Below, piece by piece: positions 58,847 through 64,000 of a stretch of 64,000 nucleotides of DNA (position 1 is its first letter; each line of letters starts with the position of its first letter). Source of the stretch: a bacterium (GTDB taxonomy: Bacteria > Patescibacteriota > Minisyncoccia > Phycocordibacterales > UBA5272); NCBI GenBank assembly GCA_023267535.1, contig JAHFNC010000003.1:75653-139652 (forward strand), given 5' to 3'. Under the pieces are notes generated by a model. It did no database searches. It was not told where the DNA came from and saw nothing but the letters and a program-made list of their open reading frames with translations. The position numbers and the translations under genes are program-made.

Positions 58847-61246
58847 ATGAAAAATTTAATAAAAAACTCAGTAATATTGGTTTCGGTAGTAATTGCAACC
58901 GCTAATTGTGGGCTTGTTTTTGCGCAGTACGATTATGGTTACGATACTGGAACTAGTTACAGTACATATGACACTGGTTCTACTTACGGTAACTATAATA
59001 CTGGTACTACATACGGAACATACGATACAGGAACTACTTATAATACTTACAACACAGGTACAACATATCCAACATACGACACTGGTTCCACCTATGGAAC
59101 ATATAATTATAATACCGGCACCACATACCCAACCTACGATACAGGGACCACTTACTCTACTTACCAAACTGGAACAACATATCCAACATATGATACTGGC
59201 ACCACATACGGAACATATGACACTGGTACAACTTATCCAACCTACAATACAGGAACTACATACTCTTCATACGACACAGGCACAACATACCCAACCTATG
59301 ACACTGGTACTACATACGGAACATATGATACGGGAACAACTTACCCAACTTACGATACAGGAACAACATACTCTTCATACGACACAGGCACTACCTACCC
59401 AACATATGATACAGGTACTACTTACTCTAATTATGATACGGGAACTACCTATCCTACATACGACACAGGAACAGCTTACCCAATTTATGATACAGGGGTT
59501 TATCCTATATACGACACAGGCTATACACCTTACTCTACTCCGTATTCACCAGTAACTTACGGAAACAATTCTACTTATAATCCTTTTAATTATAATAATT
59601 CAAACAATGGTTATTCTAATTACAACGGTTCTTCTAATTATGGTTATGTAAACTATATTAACGTTAATGATGGACATATAAGTTGTTCTGTTGGTACAGC
59701 CCTTGTGAGTGGTTCATGTGTCATAATTCCGACCACGTGTCCAGCTGGAACAACCATGATTAATGGAACATGTCAGATTAATAATATCGTCTGTCCAACC
59801 GGAACCAATCTAGTTAATGGTTCTTGCCAACCGATAGTTATAAATACATGTCCAACTGGAACTACCATGGTAAATGGAGTTTGTCAGCCAATCGTTGTGA
59901 ATAATTGTCCTACTGGAACCACATTAGTAAACGGAGTTTGCCAACCGATAGTTATAAATACATGTCCAACTGGAACTACCATGGTAAATGGAGTTTGTCA
60001 GCCAATCGTTATAAACCATTGTCCTACAGGAACAGTTCTTATTGATGGTTCTTGTGTTCAAAATAATTACGGTTATTACACTCCATCAACTTATAATTAT
60101 CCATCGATATATACACCTCCTGTAATATCTAATTATCCAACCTACGGAAACAACTATTCAAGTCCAATGATGAATTACCAAACTTGTTTTGACGGTTCTA
60201 TTATTCCTCTTGGTCAGTCATGTTATTACGGAAATAATTTTGCACCTGTTCGTCCTCAAACTATTAAGTTTAATAACGTTGTTACCTCTATCGCTACACA
60301 AATAACAAATAACAGCGCTCGTTGTAATGGTATTGGATTAATTGCCAATGGGGTTAATTCAACTGGCTGGTTTGAATACGGAGAGACTCCAAAGCTTGGT
60401 CGCGAAACATCTCATTCTTCTATTGGAAACTATGCAACCTCACCTTTCTCTAACGTATTGTCTAATCTAAAGACTGGAAATACTTATTACTGTCGTGCGG
60501 TTATGAACAATCAATACGGAACATTCAAGGGAGAGATTGTTAGCTTCAAGGCAAAGGTAGCAAAGACTGTTTATGTTAAACCAGTGGCTACTGTAAAAAA
60601 GACTACTACAAAGAAAGTAAGTAATGTCATTACATGTTCAGATGGTTCTACTATAACCGTTAAAAGTGACAAGACAGCTACTGTTCTAAATGAAGGAGGA
60701 AAGTTAATTGCACTTACTGTTGAAAAAGAAGATGGAAACATTTCTCCAAACCAAGAGGTGAATTACAAGTTAAGCTATAAAAATAGTTCTGATACTAAGG
60801 TTTACGATGTTGCTGTAAACATTGCTGTTCCTCCTGAGTTTGAGATTCTAAGTGTCAGTGCTGGAACCTTTGATAACAATACTCACACTATTTCATTAAA
60901 CCAAGCTTCAATACCAGCTTCTTCCGAGAGTGCTATTACTTGGAGAGTAAAGGTAAGCAAGGACGCTATGATTGGAAAGTCTATTGTTACAACTGGATAC
61001 ATTGCTTACACAATCTCAGATGAAAATGGTAAGACTGTTCAAGATGAAGTAACCGCTTACTCAACAGCTTCAATCTCACCCGTATCAGACACTGCAAACT
61101 CTGATACTGGATCAAAGAATGTTGTTGGAGAAGGTTATGGATTCCTACCAAGTACTTTGGTTGAATGGTTCGCACTGGTGGCTATTATATGTATAATCTT
61201 TATTTTAGGTAGAAACATATATGTGTCATATAAGAATGAACAATAA
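58847..61246 (+). CDS. Repeat-rich surface protein (YDTGTTYxT x about 21, CPxGT repeat x7, FN3-like, DUF11-like, C-terminal TM)
   Basis: Repeats are visible in the translation; signal peptide and C-terminal anchor. Confidence 0.9.
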   Translation: MKNLIKNSVILVSVVIATANCGLVFAQYDYGYDTGTSYSTYDTGSTYGNYNTGTTYGTYDTGTTYNTYNTGTTYPTYDTGSTYGTYNYNTGTTYPTYDTGTTYSTYQTGTTYPTYDTGTTYGTYDTGTTYPTYNTGTTYSSYDTGTTYPTYDTGTTYGTYDTGTTYPTYDTGTTYSSYDTGTTYPTYDTGTTYSNYDTGTTYPTYDTGTAYPIYDTGVYPIYDTGYTPYSTPYSPVTYGNNSTYNPFNYNNSNNGYSNYNGSSNYGYVNYINVNDGHISCSVGTALVSGSCVIIPTTCPAGTTMINGTCQINNIVCPTGTNLVNGSCQPIVINTCPTGTTMVNGVCQPIVVNNCPTGTTLVNGVCQPIVINTCPTGTTMVNGVCQPIVINHCPTGTVLIDGSCVQNNYGYYTPSTYNYPSIYTPPVISNYPTYGNNYSSPMMNYQTCFDGSIIPLGQSCYYGNNFAPVRPQTIKFNNVVTSIATQITNNSARCNGIGLIANGVNSTGWFEYGETPKLGRETSHSSIGNYATSPFSNVLSNLKTGNTYYCRAVMNNQYGTFKGEIVSFKAKVAKTVYVKPVATVKKTTTKKVSNVITCSDGSTITVKSDKTATVLNEGGKLIALTVEKEDGNISPNQEVNYKLSYKNSSDTKVYDVAVNIAVPPEFEILSVSAGTFDNNTHTISLNQASIPASSESAITWRVKVSKDAMIGKSIVTTGYIAYTISDENGKTVQDEVTAYSTASISPVSDTANSDTGSKNVVGEGYGFLPSTLVEWFALVAIICIIFILGRNIYVSYKNEQ

Positions 61247-61262
61247 TATACTGTTTTAATGG

Positions 61263-61291
61263 AAAAGGGCGTGCCGCAGGCACGCCCTTTT
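61263..61291. terminator. Terminator/palindrome
   Basis: AAAAGGGCGTGCC-GCA-GGCACGCCCTTTT. Confidence 0.8.
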
Positions 61292-61312
61292 CGTTTGTGA
61301 TATCATCTTTAT

Positions 61313-61762
61313 ATGGAAGAGAGGGTTATATCAAACGAAGAGGAAATAAAGGATTTTGCGCTCTATATTTGTGAAAAATTATCTAGTTTTAAGAAGAATA
61401 AAGCCAAAGTTCTTTTATTAGAGGGAGACTTAGGAGCTGGTAAAACTACTTTTACAAAAGAATTGGCCAAATGCTTTGGAGTTGAAGGGACGGTTAATAG
61501 TCCAACTTTTATTTTAAGAAAAGATTATGCTTCTAAGCACAGTCATATCAAAAAAATAATTCACGTCGATGCGTATCGATTTACCCATCCAAAAGAGTCA
61601 AGGGCTTTAAGGTTAGAAGAAGAACTCATTGATCCAAGTAATTTGATAATTGTTGAATGGCCATCAAAAATGAATTATTTAAAAAGCGATATAACTATTT
61701 TTATGGAAATTGTTGATGAAAATAAAAGATTTGTGCAAATAAAATATGACTTTGAAGAATAA
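61313..61762 (+). CDS. tsaE: t6A biosynthesis ATPase TsaE
   Basis: GDLGAGKTTF, VNSPTF, HVDAYR, VEWP. Confidence 0.95.
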   Translation: MEERVISNEEEIKDFALYICEKLSSFKKNKAKVLLLEGDLGAGKTTFTKELAKCFGVEGTVNSPTFILRKDYASKHSHIKKIIHVDAYRFTHPKESRALRLEEELIDPSNLIIVEWPSKMNYLKSDITIFMEIVDENKRFVQIKYDFEE

Positions 61763-64000
61763 TAAAAAGAAAATAGTTTTACTTGATTCTCATGCGATTC
61801 TTCACCGAGCTTATCACGCCATGGGCGATTTTTCGACAAGGGATGGAAGACCAACTGGGGCGCTTTATGGATTGGTCACTTTTGTTTTGCGTGTTGCTAA
61901 AGAAATAAAACCAGATTACATTGTGGCTTGTTTTGATTTGCCAAAGCCGACATTTAGACATATTTCTTATGATGGATATAAGGCTGGAAGAAAAAAGACT
62001 GATGATTCTTTGGTAACTCAAATAAAAGAAAGCTATGGTGTTTGCGAAGCATTGGGTATTCCTATCTATAACAAAGAAGGTTTTGAGGCGGATGATATTT
62101 TAGGAACCATTGCTTCACATTTTGATAATAAAAAAGACTATCAAATAATAATAGCCAGCGGCGATATGGATACATTGCAACTTGTTATTGATGACGATGT
62201 CGTTGTTTATACATTGAAGAGAGGAAATGACGCTGTTACTTATAACGAAAAAGAAGTAAATAAAAGATTTGGTTTTGGTCCATTATTAATTCCCGATTAT
62301 AAAGGGTTGGCTGGGGACTCATCAGATAACATTGTTGGCATTTCTGGTATTGGAGAAAAGACAGCAACTGAACTTATTAAAAATTTTGGGACAATTGAAA
62401 ATATTTATAAAGAATTAAAGAAAGATAGAAATAAATTTTTGAAATTAGGATTTAAAGAAAGAATGGTAAAACTCTTAGAAGAAGGAGAAGAAGATGCTTT
62501 GTTTTCAAAAACATTAGCCACCATTAGAAAAGATGCGCCGATTAATTTTGAAGTACCAAAGAATGTCTGGAGCGAAGGAATTGATACTAAAAAATATGAA
62601 GCTATGTGTGATAATTACGAATTTAGATCATTGCGACACAAAATAAGAGAGGTTGTTTTAAAGGAGGAAAAAGAAGAAGTAAAAGAAGTCATTGAAGATG
62701 AAGGGCTTCTAGAGGAATGTAAAGTTATGCTTAACTTGCTTCATAGTGAATTAACCAATCAAACCGCTCAAGAAATAAAAGACTTTACTGGAAAAGATGA
62801 TTTAATTGGAGCTAAAGAAGAGCTGGTAGATTTACTTAAAAAGGAAGATTTGCTTAATCTTTATCACGAGATAGAGGAGCCCATAATTCCTATCGTTAGA
62901 GAAATGAAAGAAACTGGAATCAAAGTTGATGTCGAGAAATTAAAAAAATTAAGTGTGGATTTGCATAAAAAAGTTTCGCTTCTGGAAAAGGAGATTTATG
63001 AACTTGCAGGTGAAGAGTTTAATATTTCATCACCAAAACAATTAGGAGAGATTATTTATGAAAAACTAGGTCTTGGTGAAAAAATTAAAAAAACAAAGAC
63101 TGGAGCTAAGAGTACTGGAATTGGGGAATTGGAAAAAATAAAAGACGAACACCCAGTGATTGTAAAAATAATTGAATACAGAGAATTAACAAAACTTCTT
63201 TCCACTTATATAGATACATTGCCTAATTTTGTGAAAGAAGATGGAAGAATACACGCCCATTATATACAGTCTGGCACTGGAACGGGAAGATTTTCTTGTG
63301 AAGATCCAAATTTGCAAAACCTTCCAGTTAAAAGTGAGTTTGGAAAACAAATCAGAGAATCTTTTGTAGCTGATAATGGAAAAATTTTGTTGTCTTGTGA
63401 TTATTCGCAAATTGATCTTCGTTCGGCTGGAATTTTATCAGGCGACATGACACTTCTTGATATCTTTAATAAGAAAATTGATGTTCACACTGGAACAGCG
63501 ATGAAAATTTTTAACGTTTCAGAAAAAGATGTAACTCCTGATATGAGAAGAAAAGCTAAAGCAATTAATTTTGGAATTTTATATGGTATGGGGGTTACTT
63601 CTCTAAAAGAAGGAATGGGTGTTGAGAGAAAAGAAGCGCAAGAATTTTATGATCAATACAAAAAAACTTTTTCTAGAATGATGGAATATTTGGAAGAAGT
63701 AAAAGCGTATGCTTTTAAAAATGGATATACTAAAACTTTGTTTGGAAGAAGACGAGAAATACCACTCCTTAAGAGTCCATTGTCATTTTTACGAGCGCAA
63801 GGAGAGCGTATTGCAATTAATGCGCCAGTGCAGGGAACAAGTGCTGATATTTTGAAGCTAGCTATCTTAGACACAGACGACTATTTAGTAAAAAACAAGT
63901 TGAAAAATAAGGTTAAATTGTCACTCCAGATTCACGATGAATTGGTTTTTGAGATGGATAAAAATATTGATAAAAAGGTTATACAAGACATAGTTGATGC
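61746..64000 (+). CDS. polA: DNA polymerase I (runs off the window)
   Basis: Manual translation: LLDSHAILHRAYHA, FEADD, GDSSDNIVGISGIGEKTA, DPNLQNLP, DYSQIDLR, KAINFGILYG, IHDEL. Absent from the ORF track. Confidence 0.97.
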   Translation, partial: MTLKNNKKKIVLLDSHAILHRAYHAMGDFSTRDGRPTGALYGLVTFVLRVAKEIKPDYIVACFDLPKPTFRHISYDGYKAGRKKTDDSLVTQIKESYGVCEALGIPIYNKEGFEADDILGTIASHFDNKKDYQIIIASGDMDTLQLVIDDDVVVYTLKRGNDAVTYNEKEVNKRFGFGPLLIPDYKGLAGDSSDNIVGISGIGEKTATELIKNFGTIENIYKELKKDRNKFLKLGFKERMVKLLEEGEEDALFSKTLATIRKDAPINFEVPKNVWSEGIDTKKYEAMCDNYEFRSLRHKIREVVLKEEKEEVKEVIEDEGLLEECKVMLNLLHSELTNQTAQEIKDFTGKDDLIGAKEELVDLLKKEDLLNLYHEIEEPIIPIVREMKETGIKVDVEKLKKLSVDLHKKVSLLEKEIYELAGEEFNISSPKQLGEIIYEKLGLGEKIKKTKTGAKSTGIGELEKIKDEHPVIVKIIEYRELTKLLSTYIDTLPNFVKEDGRIHAHYIQSGTGTGRFSCEDPNLQNLPVKSEFGKQIRESFVADNGKILLSCDYSQIDLRSAGILSGDMTLLDIFNKKIDVHTGTAMKIFNVSEKDVTPDMRRKAKAINFGILYGMGVTSLKEGMGVERKEAQEFYDQYKKTFSRMMEYLEEVKAYAFKNGYTKTLFGRRREIPLLKSPLSFLRAQGERIAINAPVQGTSADILKLAILDTDDYLVKNKLKNKVKLSLQIHDELVFEMDKNIDKKVIQDIVD

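Noticed and set aside
58940..59525. Periodic 27-nt DNA as a CRISPR array
   Set aside because: No spacers; variation is synonymous within an ORF; no cas genes.
58893..59555. 220-aa alternative-frame ORF
   Set aside because: A by-product of the stop-free repeat array.
1..64000. Alternative genetic code (TGA=Gly)
   Set aside because: Long genes are intact under code 11, and TGA ends virB4 and the 55638 and 56930 genes.

Overview
AT-rich chromosomal segment, translated with the standard code (TGA is used as a stop), whose gene content and order point to a Patescibacteria/CPR (Parcubacteria-like) genome; the taxonomy is inferred. It contains the origin region (yidC-rnpA-rpmH-dnaA-oriC-dnaN), housekeeping genes (rnhA, recJ, CCA-adding enzyme, HU, rny, clpP, rsmE, tig, nusA, tpiA, pgk, xth, Xer-type recombinase, rpsO, comM, pcrA, rsmA, class A PBP, tyrS, ruvC, ruvB, PilB/GspE ATPase, tsaE, polA), four tRNAs, a MacAB-like ABC exporter, a 12.5 kb VirB4/VirB6/PrgI secretion cluster with no mobility genes, and a run of secreted proteins. 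The most unusual signals are non-coding. (1) A 246-nt structured element sits in frame inside a signal peptide, flanked by a 6-bp direct repeat, with an internally deleted copy elsewhere. (2) Elements of about 210-230 nt behind two tRNAs carry inverted and direct copies of their own tRNA 3' end. (3) A hairpin family with conserved purine-rich loops sits on gene stop codons. (4) There is a promoter-driven 6S-like RNA and a second orphan structured RNA. (5) Two expression architectures coexist: many core genes look leaderless, while GC-richer orphan genes carry a full promoter, boxA-like motif, Shine-Dalgarno and terminator. No CRISPR array, transposase or prophage was found.
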